Of a stretch of 64,000 nt of DNA, positions 35,821 to 44,511 are shown in pieces (within the stretch, counting starts at the first letter, position 1; each line of letters begins with the position of its first letter). The position numbers and the translations under genes are program-made. Under the pieces are notes generated by a model. That model did no database searches, was not told the DNA's origin, and saw nothing but the letters and a program-made list of their open reading frames with translations. The DNA is taken from the IMG/VR virus record IMGVR_UViG_3300024268_000010. The stretch is one strand, 5' to 3'. Origin of the DNA: a virus. Taxonomy: Duplodnaviria > Heunggongvirae > Uroviricota > Caudoviricetes.

Positions 35821-36333
35821 TTAGCGAATGGACTTCCAATAGTCCCACTCTGCACCGTTGGGTTCAATGCCGAACTCGCGGATGATTGCGGCTGCCTGCT
35901 TGTTCGCGCTCTTGCCCTTGCCTGCGAGCTTGTCGAGTTTTTTCAGCAACTTGGCATTGCCCTTGCCGTTTGTGCGCTTGGGTGCGTTCACGGGCATGAG
36001 CACGCAGCCGTCGCCGTTAGCCGTGCCTTGAATCGTGTATTCCTTGCCGTCCATCAAGTCCTCGTACTCACGAGCGGGATCGTATGCCTCGGCGCGCTCG
36101 GACTTGGGCACATACGCTGCGTGAGCCTCGGCATAGTCTGCTCTGAACTTTTTTGCTACGGATTCTGCCGTTTTGACGGAGTCAAATGTTACGGCTACGA
36201 AGCCTTCGGCAGTTTTGGCGATTTCGGTGTTGTGGTCTTGGGCGAGCTGCACGAGCGCCTTGTATGCGCCGTACGGCAGGTACGCGGTTGCGGTAAGGGT
36301 GTTCTGGGTTCTCTTAATCAAATTCTTAGACAT
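35821..36333 (-). CDS. Basic hypothetical protein, first gene of the leftward unit
   Basis: 170 aa; AAGGAGG; GC-rich codons. Confidence 0.75.
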   Translation of the reverse strand: MSKNLIKRTQNTLTATAYLPYGAYKALVQLAQDHNTEIAKTAEGFVAVTFDSVKTAESVAKKFRADYAEAHAAYVPKSERAEAYDPAREYEDLMDGKEYTIQGTANGDGCVLMPVNAPKRTNGKGNAKLLKKLDKLAGKGKSANKQAAAIIREFGIEPNGAEWDYWKSIR

Positions 36334-36479
36334 AAATGCCTCCTTCTGCGTGGATCACACGCTCATATATTGCGTATGTGCTATACACATACACTCACCA
36401 AGGGTATCCCTCGGAAATCTATGACCATATCATACTCCATGCCTTATGCAATAAAATTCTGAAAACTCATATTTTCTGT

Positions 36480-37150
36480 ACTTTTTGAAAAAAATCACTG
36501 GGGGTAGATAAAACCACGACTTTTGAGTGCTTTTTGCTTTATTATGGAACGAGGTCTACTTCTACACTGACTTCAAAATGTACGAAAAATATTTTCCAAA
36601 ATCACACTCTCCAGCCCTAATAAATTACACCAATCCACTCCAACTTTACCACCTTAAAACCACACCAAAATCACCATAGCCCATACCACAAAACAGTCTG
36701 GGCAAGATAATTTTTCTCCAAATAGCCACCTAATCCCGCAACTTATCAATCAATACACCACTTCTCAAACACCTCACCTCTTTAAACTACAAGAAAAACC
36801 CTTATTATTTCCCCTAACCCCCATGTCATAAAACAAAATCGTCTTCCTGGCAACAAATTCCCACTATAACAATCGTTTTCAAAAATCACTCAACAAAAAC
36901 AACAACATACCACACAAAACCACATATAATACAACATTTTCCTATATACAACTCTTCCTGATCTCACAATCCTTAAAACCACCAATTTTCAGCCATCATA
37001 ACCACTTCTCACAAGCAAAAACCCACTATAATCAATTAAAATAGGGGGTATCATTAAACTGCACACATATAACAACCCCATAATGTGATACAAAACCACA
37101 CATATACAAAAAATATTTTCCATGATTGTTAAAAATATGTAAACATTGCT
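36480..37150. other. Non-coding, G-poor divergence region with short internal repeats
   Basis: No ORF; plus strand C/A-rich; GGGGGTA twice; repeated ACCACTTCTCA, CCCACTATAA, CCTTAAAACCAC. Confidence 0.65.
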
Positions 37151-37159
37151 ACACATCTA

Positions 37160-37208
37160 TTTACAATTCATTTAAATTAGTTTATACTATTTACAGTACA
37201 AAATGATT
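37160..37208 (+). promoter_or_regulatory. sigmaA promoter with 17-bp motif at the start site
   Basis: TTTACA-17-TATACT then TACAGTACAAAATGATT. Confidence 0.75.
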
Positions 37209-37225
37209 CATAAGGAGATACACAC

Positions 37226-37624
37226 ATGCCAAAAAACAAAATTCAAACCTATGTACCCGGCAAAGGAGTATTAGATATTCAAGTTGCTGCCAACCAAAAA
37301 GTAATTGAGATCCACAAGGTCAACCCCAAAGGCAAATTCATCTTAGACATTGAAGCCAACAAGCAAGCAATGCAATCACTATCACCTCAAGCCTATATGC
37401 TCTATATGCATTTCATCTTAAATATCCCCGGCTACAAAGAAGCATTAAGTCTCAAGAACATTACAGAAACAACATCTCTTACAGAACGTACCTACTATAA
37501 AGCCGTTAACGAGCTTATAGAAAAAAAATATCTCGTCAAAGAAGACCACTTAGACTTCTCTGACTATTATGGCTTTTACGAGAACCCTTTCAAGGGGTGC
37601 GACGAAGTCGAATCCCTAGTTTGA
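37226..37624 (+). CDS. Winged-helix DNA-binding protein (replication-initiator-like HTH)
   Basis: LSPQAYMLY...SL..I...TSLTERTYYKAVNELIEKKYL. Confidence 0.7.
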   Translation: MPKNKIQTYVPGKGVLDIQVAANQKVIEIHKVNPKGKFILDIEANKQAMQSLSPQAYMLYMHFILNIPGYKEALSLKNITETTSLTERTYYKAVNELIEKKYLVKEDHLDFSDYYGFYENPFKGCDEVESLV

Positions 37625-37650
37625 AATTACGAAGTATATTTCAAATTTAC

Positions 37651-37746
37651 TTTTTTATATTTATATATTTTATATTTATATATATATGTTCCGACACGCT
37701 GTCGGAGGGGTGCTCTGACATTTTGTAGGGAGAGTGCTCCGACATT
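37651..37746. repeat. AT-only tract plus three 24-bp-period repeats (candidate replication origin)
   Basis: TGTTCCGACA (37687), TGCTCTGACA (37711), TGCTCCGACA (37735); internal palindrome TCCGACA-N3-TGTCGGA. Confidence 0.6.
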
Positions 37747-37770
37747 AAGAAAAAAGGAGCTTATAAATGT

Positions 37771-38265
37771 ATGGATAATCTTTTTCGTATAAATGGAAAT
37801 GATTTAATTCAATATAATGCCGATACAGATTGGTATGGCAAATATTTCGACACATTCTCAAATAGTGCACAATTAAAAACATCCGCTGGCGTATACGCCT
37901 TTATATTATGTAATGAAATTGTATATATTGGTTCAAGTATTAATTTATTTAGCAGGTTGCGAACACATATTATGAATATACAATGTGGTAACAAGTGCCA
38001 TACACACAGCATTGGTGAAAGGAAATATTATTATTTTAATAAATACATCACCAACATGCAATATACACTTTTGCAAGTCTGTGACAAGCATATATCTAAA
38101 TCCGAATTAGAAGCATATGAATATGAATACATCAAAACACATGAACCAATATTTAATGTTCAATATGGAAAGCAACGTAAAAAATGGAATGGAACCGACC
38201 AAGATATTAACAATTTTGTTAATGGAGTAATTGCTATCAACAAATTAAAAAGTAAATTAGATTAA
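37771..38265 (+). CDS. GIY-YIG nuclease
   Basis: GVY...YIGSS.N...R...H...E..YI...P.FN. Confidence 0.85.
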   Translation: MDNLFRINGNDLIQYNADTDWYGKYFDTFSNSAQLKTSAGVYAFILCNEIVYIGSSINLFSRLRTHIMNIQCGNKCHTHSIGERKYYYFNKYITNMQYTLLQVCDKHISKSELEAYEYEYIKTHEPIFNVQYGKQRKKWNGTDQDINNFVNGVIAINKLKSKLD

Positions 38266-38277
38266 GGAGAACCATCA

Positions 38278-38583
38278 ATGAACTGCCTAGACAACGAATG
38301 CCGTCATCAATATGTCGTGCTTGATGACTTTTACTGCAAACTTACCGGCAAACCAATTCCAGAAGATATAGATGTCACACAATGCAAAAACTATGTACAG
38401 GCACGCACTTGTACTAACTGTGTTTATGGTATCCCAACGATATATGAAACTGGCACCATTGATGATATAGAATACAGGTGTTCACTTCAAAATAAAAAAC
38501 TCATGTACGACGATTCAAATCCGTATTATAGGCATTATGCAGATGTGCCTGAATGCAACATTAATAAGTTCAAAGGAGTATAA
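38278..38583 (+). CDS. Cys-rich hypothetical protein
   Basis: Eight Cys; RBS. Confidence 0.6.
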   Translation: MNCLDNECRHQYVVLDDFYCKLTGKPIPEDIDVTQCKNYVQARTCTNCVYGIPTIYETGTIDDIEYRCSLQNKKLMYDDSNPYYRHYADVPECNINKFKGV

Positions 38584-38586
38584 CAA

Positions 38587-38778
38587 ATGAACCTACAAGA
38601 ATTTCATGCTTACCAAAACCAGGACGGCACATATCGTATTGAGGCAAATTCTACGGTTAAGTATGGTGAAATAGAACGCAATGGAAAACTAATCATCCCT
38701 CGTGCTAGACTCACCATGGAAGCATTAGTAGATTACGACACTTGTAATGTAATGACATTTATAACGGAGGAAAATTAA
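38587..38778 (+). CDS. Hypothetical protein
   Basis: 63 aa; RBS. Confidence 0.55.
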   Translation: MNLQEFHAYQNQDGTYRIEANSTVKYGEIERNGKLIIPRARLTMEALVDYDTCNVMTFITEEN

Positions 38779-38779
38779 T

Positions 38780-39085
38780 ATGCTTGACAAATATCAGTAT
38801 TTTAAACGGTCAAAATCCGAAATGAAGCAAGAAGAAATCGTAAATAACATTTGTAACAAACTATGGGATCAACATGGATACAATACAGCTTTTTATCTTG
38901 GTGGATTATTGGAATTAAAATGTATCGCAACAGTATTGAGAGATAAAGAATATTTTACTAAACAAGACATGCTGAAAGTTATTGATTATTATACAAAACA
39001 AAAAGACGTACCAGATGAAATTAAAGAATTAGCAAATATAATTTTAAAAGAATTTGATTATAAGGAGAAAGAAGATGGCAATTAA
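38780..39085 (+). CDS. Hypothetical protein
   Basis: 101 aa; RBS. Confidence 0.6.
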   Translation: MLDKYQYFKRSKSEMKQEEIVNNICNKLWDQHGYNTAFYLGGLLELKCIATVLRDKEYFTKQDMLKVIDYYTKQKDVPDEIKELANIILKEFDYKEKEDGN

Positions 39086-39491
39086 AATGCTTAAAGAGGC
39101 AACAAAAGTATTTTTAGCTGAGTGTGGCAAGTGTGATTGTGTGTTTCAGTATGATATTAGTGATGTATACACAGGATTCTCATACTCGTATGTGCATTGT
39201 CCACATTGTAATACAACAATACCTCACGAAAACAGAAAGAACCATAAAGAAAATGAGATTAAAAATGCACCCACAGTCAATCTATATGAATGGATTAGTG
39301 TTGAAGATAGGTTGCCTGACGAACTATTTACCGCAGTGCTTATTTATTGCCCAAAGAACCAAAATATTTATTGTGCATACTTAAATACTAGAAATGAATG
39401 GCATATTTTTGATTATGGTGTCGGACAACAAGTTGTTGAAAGTGTCACTCACTGGATGCCATTGCCCAATTCACCAGCAACAAAGCAATAA
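39075..39491 (+). CDS. Zinc ribbon plus DUF551 domain protein
   Basis: CGKC..CPHC; WISVEDRLP...VTHWMPLP. Confidence 0.75.
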   Translation: MAIKMLKEATKVFLAECGKCDCVFQYDISDVYTGFSYSYVHCPHCNTTIPHENRKNHKENEIKNAPTVNLYEWISVEDRLPDELFTAVLIYCPKNQNIYCAYLNTRNEWHIFDYGVGQQVVESVTHWMPLPNSPATKQ

Positions 39492-39506
39492 GAAAGGAAC
39501 AAAGAA

Positions 39507-40100
39507 ATGCAAAAAGCAAGAAAAACACCGACGGCAGAACAAAAACAATGGATGAAAGAAAACGGCTATACCGAAAAGCAAATGGATGCGTTTTGGGAAG
39601 AAAATATTGAAAGCAATCCAATTGTACGAAATTTAAATAGCCATGGTATGAGTTGGCGAGATATGAATATATCAGTCGTGTCTAAATTGCCCACACAAAA
39701 AGAACGAGATCTTGAAGCAAAAAAGAAAAAAGAAATTGAAGAACGGCAAAAAGCTGAAGCCGAAGCCAAGGCGAAAGCCGAAAAGGAATACTATCATGAG
39801 CATTTTGAAGAAATCATTGTAAAGAAAATTTTGGACGGCGAAAAACTGAGTGAAAAAGAGTTAATACGGATTAAAGACTTTGAAATTGACCGTGAAGACG
39901 GTGATAACCGTAGGTGGAGCAGAACTGTAACATCAATTCTGCATATGTGTGATCGTTACTTCGCATTGGTATGGGAAGAAGGGCTGACAGAATATCAAGA
40001 CAACGAATATTATAACCAGCCATACGAAGTTGTGAAAAGAACTTACCAAAAGACTATAACCGTAACAGAATGGGTGGAGGCAAGCAATGAAGTGCAATAA
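39507..40100 (+). CDS. Hypothetical protein
   Basis: RRWS...W.EGLTEYQ motif. Confidence 0.7.
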   Translation: MQKARKTPTAEQKQWMKENGYTEKQMDAFWEENIESNPIVRNLNSHGMSWRDMNISVVSKLPTQKERDLEAKKKKEIEERQKAEAEAKAKAEKEYYHEHFEEIIVKKILDGEKLSEKELIRIKDFEIDREDGDNRRWSRTVTSILHMCDRYFALVWEEGLTEYQDNEYYNQPYEVVKRTYQKTITVTEWVEASNEVQ

Positions 40101-40413
40101 AAAACGCAAACCGACATATCCATGGTATCACATCGAAAAATGCCCAATATGTGGCTCGGACACATTTCAATATATGTCTGAGTCTATGTGGGGCTGGGGA
40201 ACGGTCGAGCAGCACGGTGATTGCTTAAGGTGCGGCTACACTGTGGAGCAAGCATATTCTCCGGTCTATGAGGCATTTTGGGATGTGAAAAGAGGATATA
40301 AGCATCCTACATTGGGCTATATTGAAAAGAATGTCAAGCGGCACAAGAGGATTAGACGGAAGAAGAATATTAAGGATATTGAAGTTAATCCTTTATGGAT
40401 CAAATACATATAA
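40087..40413 (+). CDS. Zinc-ribbon protein
   Basis: CPICG...CLRCGY. Confidence 0.65.
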   Translation: MKCNKKRKPTYPWYHIEKCPICGSDTFQYMSESMWGWGTVEQHGDCLRCGYTVEQAYSPVYEAFWDVKRGYKHPTLGYIEKNVKRHKRIRRKKNIKDIEVNPLWIKYI

Positions 40414-40437
40414 AAATAAAATTTTAAGGGGTAGAGT

Positions 40438-40608
40438 ATGACAAATTTTGAATATATTAAATCTATGACAGCCGAAGAGTTTTTTGATTTTGTATCTGAT
40501 TTAGAGTTATATAAATGCAATGGCTGTCCTGCTAAGAGTAAATGTGGCGAATATTATTCTTGCCCAGATGCTTTTGTAGCGTGGTTAAACAAAGAGAAGG
40601 ACGAATAA
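40438..40608 (+). CDS. Small Cys-rich protein (not in ORF track)
   Basis: MTNFEYIKSMTAEE...C..C....C....C....WL. Confidence 0.6.
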   Translation: MTNFEYIKSMTAEEFFDFVSDLELYKCNGCPAKSKCGEYYSCPDAFVAWLNKEKDE

Positions 40609-40632
40609 AAATAGAGTTTTAAAAGAGGAATT

Positions 40633-40863
40633 ATGAGGGTTTGGAAAGCAATTGATGATGAAAAGCCATCTAAATCAGTGGTCTATAGAGTCAAGCAAGA
40701 TAGTGGGTGCTTTACATTTAAGTATGCATATTACGACTCGTTATACGACATATGGAATTATGATGGTGATTGGCGGCCGATGATTGTTAATGGTTATGTA
40801 ACACATTGGGTTGAATTGACTAAAAAACAACAAGAAAGGTTTAAGGTGGAAGATGAACGATAA
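40633..40863 (+). CDS. Hypothetical protein (DUF551-like)
   Basis: W.....KP...VTHW. Confidence 0.55.
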   Translation: MRVWKAIDDEKPSKSVVYRVKQDSGCFTFKYAYYDSLYDIWNYDGDWRPMIVNGYVTHWVELTKKQQERFKVEDER

Positions 40864-41233
40864 AACAAATTTAATTGATGACGAAATTCCCGCTTATAAA
40901 AAGAAATCAAATAAAAAGGGTCAACCTCGTTCAAATCATAAACATACTTATGAAACGGTTCTTCTGACTCGCAATTATCATACTACTGATTTTGCAACAG
41001 GCAAACCAAAGGTGAACCAAACTAGATTGCCAACAAAGGTATGTACTATTTGTGGTAGGATTGATAAAGTTGATCGCGATCCGTCTTATTATGTTAAGAA
41101 ACCTATTACATATCTACCTTTTGTTGGTTTTGAAAAGGCACTAAGTGAGCAAGCTTTAAGTCTACCAAAATGGCATGCAGAGGATTTTTGGGATAAGTTT
41201 GCAATAAAAACATCTGAAGAACAACAACATTAA
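40853..41233 (+). CDS. Hypothetical protein
   Basis: HKHTY...CTICGRI. Confidence 0.65.
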   Translation: MNDKTNLIDDEIPAYKKKSNKKGQPRSNHKHTYETVLLTRNYHTTDFATGKPKVNQTRLPTKVCTICGRIDKVDRDPSYYVKKPITYLPFVGFEKALSEQALSLPKWHAEDFWDKFAIKTSEEQQH

Positions 41234-41243
41234 GAGGTGTATT

Positions 41244-41468
41244 ATGAAAATTTACAAAAGAGAAATTAAACCATATATTGAACCACCTTGTTTGCAAGGT
41301 TCTAATGATAAACCGTATCCAGTTCAGGGATATGATTGGATGCCAGAAGATATGGAAGAACAATTAAAACATGAAATTGTTGTAAGCGATCCTTGGTCTA
41401 AGTTAATTTTCAAAGAACGATATGTCGTAATAGGTGATGGGATTATCGGTGAATTTAAGAAGAGGTAA
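41244..41468 (+). CDS. Hypothetical protein
   Basis: 74 aa; RBS. Confidence 0.55.
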   Translation: MKIYKREIKPYIEPPCLQGSNDKPYPVQGYDWMPEDMEEQLKHEIVVSDPWSKLIFKERYVVIGDGIIGEFKKR

Positions 41469-41472
41469 TAAT

Positions 41473-41724
41473 ATGAATTTAGTACGTTATAGATTTAAGA
41501 CAAAAGCCGTCGATGATTATAGACCACTGATTGACATGAAAGACATTAAAATGCCTTGGTGGTGTACTGGTTTGGCTGCAGATAACAGTTATGCAATTAT
41601 TGTATGCTACTTGCCGAAAAGTGAAGATTTGTTTAAGTATTGGGACGATGCTTACGATATGGAGTCTGAAGAAGTAGCAGAAATTGTATATACGGATAGA
41701 TTTCATAAGACGGAATGGTTATAA
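41473..41724 (+). CDS. Hypothetical protein
   Basis: DDYRP...PWWCTG...YW.DA. Confidence 0.65.
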   Translation: MNLVRYRFKTKAVDDYRPLIDMKDIKMPWWCTGLAADNSYAIIVCYLPKSEDLFKYWDDAYDMESEEVAEIVYTDRFHKTEWL

Positions 41725-41737
41725 AGAGGTGATAAAT

Positions 41738-42124
41738 ATGGCAAAGAAATTAATTTGTTTTCCGTTTGTTAACGGCAATCTTCAAGAATATTCGTTTAAT
41801 AATTTAGATGATGCCGAAAGAGAGCGAGTATATAATGGTGAAGAAGTAGTAAAAGAGTTTACATATAACAAAGATAAGAAAGAAATATGGAAACCAAACA
41901 CCGAAGTGGAACTGACACTTCATTATCTAGATTATGGTCGTGGTAGAAGTGCCGTGACATTTTATTGGGTAGATGATGATGGTCACGAATATCCAATGTT
42001 TATTAAAGATGTGGATGAGTTGCTAAGACAAGATATGGGAACATCAAGTGTGCATGCAATTTTTACTTATGTTAAGCGTGGTCAAAATTATGGCATTAAG
42101 TTTTTGAGAAAGATTGAGGAGTAA
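41738..42124 (+). CDS. Hypothetical protein
   Basis: GRGRSA...YPMF...KRGQNYGI. Confidence 0.7.
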   Translation: MAKKLICFPFVNGNLQEYSFNNLDDAERERVYNGEEVVKEFTYNKDKKEIWKPNTEVELTLHYLDYGRGRSAVTFYWVDDDGHEYPMFIKDVDELLRQDMGTSSVHAIFTYVKRGQNYGIKFLRKIEE

Positions 42125-42127
42125 ATT

Positions 42128-42484
42128 ATGTCAAACAAACTTACAAAAATGGCAAGAGAGATTTTATCTATTGAAGAAGATTTACAGTTTAGATTTGATT
42201 ACAAAGAAAAACCTTATCCAACATTTGATGATTTTGAAATGTATACCTTTGAACAAACGTGGGGTAGTACCGCACTTGGATTTGGTGGCATGGGTGGTCA
42301 AGCAATAACACATGCAAGAACTTATGTCTTTGTTCCCACTAGCTGCAATCAAAAATGTTTTGTTTATTTTGCTGGCAGATTTGCATATGCAACAGATTAT
42401 AGTCAAGAATTTATGGATGATGTATTAAAAGGTAATATGGCATCCGTATCTGGCGCTGGGAAGTATGCAAAGAAAGATGGTTAA
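42128..42484 (+). CDS. Hypothetical protein
   Basis: QTWGSTALGFGGMGGQAIT. Confidence 0.7.
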   Translation: MSNKLTKMAREILSIEEDLQFRFDYKEKPYPTFDDFEMYTFEQTWGSTALGFGGMGGQAITHARTYVFVPTSCNQKCFVYFAGRFAYATDYSQEFMDDVLKGNMASVSGAGKYAKKDG

Positions 42485-42487
42485 ACA

Positions 42488-42889
42488 ATGAAAAATAAAG
42501 AATTTATATATGAATATTGGAGCCGAACTGAGCATGGAAGGAAGATGATTGCCTCAAACCATGTGTCAGAATCAGACTTGTTGTTTTTGATTCCGAACAA
42601 TGTCAAGAGAATGCACGGCTTACCAACAACACGAATCGTCGGCAAGAAAAAGAGAAAACAGAAGGAACAAAGAAGAAAATTTATTTTTTCTTTTAGTCTT
42701 TTTGATCTTATCGAAGAGGTTATAGAAGATACGCTTGGTTCTATGTGGTCTCAAAACGAGTTCTTTCAACAGTTTGTAGATGTTAAAAATGTTACACATG
42801 GGTTTCAACCAAATTTTCAATTCGACAAATCTAAGATTGTAAATGTACCGACATTGACTAAGCCGGTAAGATTGTATATTGATTATTGA
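42488..42889 (+). CDS. Hypothetical protein
   Basis: 133 aa. Confidence 0.6.
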   Translation: MKNKEFIYEYWSRTEHGRKMIASNHVSESDLLFLIPNNVKRMHGLPTTRIVGKKKRKQKEQRRKFIFSFSLFDLIEEVIEDTLGSMWSQNEFFQQFVDVKNVTHGFQPNFQFDKSKIVNVPTLTKPVRLYIDY

Positions 42890-43076
42890 TTTGTGTAAAG
42901 ATACTTTATTACATAGTGTTAAAATCAATTCTGAGCCTCAAAATCAATAACTACTTAGGCAAAACTCAATTAAACATATCTACGCTAATCCAATTTTTCA
43001 CCCCATTTAAACAACCCTTAAAAACGGCAACTATTTATGTATTTTTAAATAAATTGTAAATAATAACTGTTATCTA

Positions 43077-43125
43077 TTGACAATTATTATTAATTATGTT
43101 AAAATATTAACACTACAGAATGATT
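43077..43125 (+). promoter_or_regulatory. sigmaA promoter with 17-bp motif at the start site
   Basis: TTGACA-17-TAAAAT then AACACTACAGAATGATT. Confidence 0.8.
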
Positions 43126-43138
43126 AAGGAGACTAAGT

Positions 43139-43351
43139 ATGCGTAAAATGAAATTAAAACCATGTCCAAATTGCAGCAAAAGTGGCAAGAGTCTTTGGAT
43201 ATGCCGGGTTATTGGTGTGCCATTTTGGTATAAAAGATGGCACATCGAATGCCCTAGTTGCCATTGGTGTGGAAAGTCAACGATGTTTGTTTGGAATGCC
43301 AAATTAGCATGGAATATGATGGCCAAAAGAAGGAGAAGAAATTATGGATAA
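43139..43351 (+). CDS. Lar-like (restriction alleviation) zinc-finger protein
   Basis: LKPCPNC...CPSC...A..AWN. Confidence 0.6.
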   Translation: MRKMKLKPCPNCSKSGKSLWICRVIGVPFWYKRWHIECPSCHWCGKSTMFVWNAKLAWNMMAKRRRRNYG

Positions 43352-43667
43352 AGAAAATATTGAAAAAATGGCAAAAGTAATAAAATTCTGCAAGAATACA
43401 TCAATTGATGAATGCAATACTAAGGTGGATTGCCACCATTGTATTGCTGAACAAATTTACAACGCAGGATACCGTAAGCAAGAGTGGATAAGTGTTGAGG
43501 ATAGATTGCCGACATATAAAGACGGCAAGGTTTTGATATATACCGCATACGGAATCAGCATTGCCGAGATAACGGTAAGCGGCAGATGGAAAGGTGCAAA
43601 TGCTATTCCCAAATTTATTACACATTGGAAGCCGCTTCCCGAACCGCCGAAGATGAAAGGAGAATAA
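43344..43667 (+). CDS. DUF551 domain protein
   Basis: WISVEDRLP...ITHWKPLPEPP. Confidence 0.75.
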   Translation: MDKENIEKMAKVIKFCKNTSIDECNTKVDCHHCIAEQIYNAGYRKQEWISVEDRLPTYKDGKVLIYTAYGISIAEITVSGRWKGANAIPKFITHWKPLPEPPKMKGE

Positions 43668-43668
43668 T

Positions 43669-43944
43669 ATGAAATGTGAAAAATGTTTATATAGGAAGAA
43701 CTGTCAGTTTCTTGCCAAACATAAAAAAGCAGTCGTAGAAGGTTGTACTGCTTTTGCAAGTGAAGCAGATTTAAAGAGAGAAACAGCAAAAGAAATTTTT
43801 GAGGAGATTGAAAACGCATTATTTAATAATCATTGCGTTGATGATGGAACTGATTGCCCTACACCACATTACTTTGAAGAACTCAAGGATGATATTGCTG
43901 CACTCAAAAAGAAATATGAGGTGGCTAAAAATGACAAAGGCTAA
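43669..43944 (+). CDS. Hypothetical protein
   Basis: CEKC....C; RBS. Confidence 0.6.
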   Translation: MKCEKCLYRKNCQFLAKHKKAVVEGCTAFASEADLKRETAKEIFEEIENALFNNHCVDDGTDCPTPHYFEELKDDIAALKKKYEVAKNDKG

Positions 43945-44209
43945 AAAAGCAGTATTAAACGAACTGTCTAAAGAACAGTTGATTTATTTGATTGAGCAGT
44001 TCTATCATAGTCAATTTTTAATTGGTGAAGTCTGTGTAGCTGAGTCTAAGCAGCATATTGATTCTGGTGACGCGGTAGACGAGATCCGTGATTGTCTTTA
44101 CGATATGCCAAATATGAATAATGTGATCGAGTTAAAAGCCTACATAGACATGAAAATGGGAAAGATTACAATCGCAGAATTCAGAAAGATAATGGGGCTG
44201 GACGAATGA
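43931..44209 (+). CDS. Hypothetical protein
   Basis: Start moved to MTKAK after GAGG. Confidence 0.6.
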   Translation: MTKAKKAVLNELSKEQLIYLIEQFYHSQFLIGEVCVAESKQHIDSGDAVDEIRDCLYDMPNMNNVIELKAYIDMKMGKITIAEFRKIMGLDE

Positions 44210-44511
44210 AGTTGTGGGTAGATGATACTAGACCTTGCCCGGACAGATTCGAATACTTCTGGGCTACTACGGTTATACAAGCTATACAAATAATTCAAGA
44301 TGAAGAAACGGTTGGAGATCCGTTGGAACTTTTGGATTTGGATCATGACGCTGGTGATTATTATTTCGGTGGAGGAGATTATATTCGAATCTTAGACTGG
44401 CTTGAAGCAACGGGTCGCAACTACCCTATTCGCATACACAGTGCCAATGCGGTAGGTAGGGAAAATATGCGCAGAATTATAGAGAAAAATGGTTGGAAGG
44501 AGGTAAGATAA
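44206..44511 (+). CDS. Cyclic-phosphate-processing receiver-like domain protein
   Basis: LWVDDTRP...LDLDHDAG...ILDWLE...IHSANAVG..NM. Confidence 0.75.
   Translation: MKLWVDDTRPCPDRFEYFWATTVIQAIQIIQDEETVGDPLELLDLDHDAGDYYFGGGDYIRILDWLEATGRNYPIRIHSANAVGRENMRRIIEKNGWKEVR

Noticed and set aside
33034..36462. Long plus-strand ORFs (229, 190 and 272 aa) opposite the array
   Set aside because: Antisense shadows of GC-rich minus-strand genes; no RBS; implausible Cys/Leu-rich composition; they cross ribozymes that read on the minus strand.
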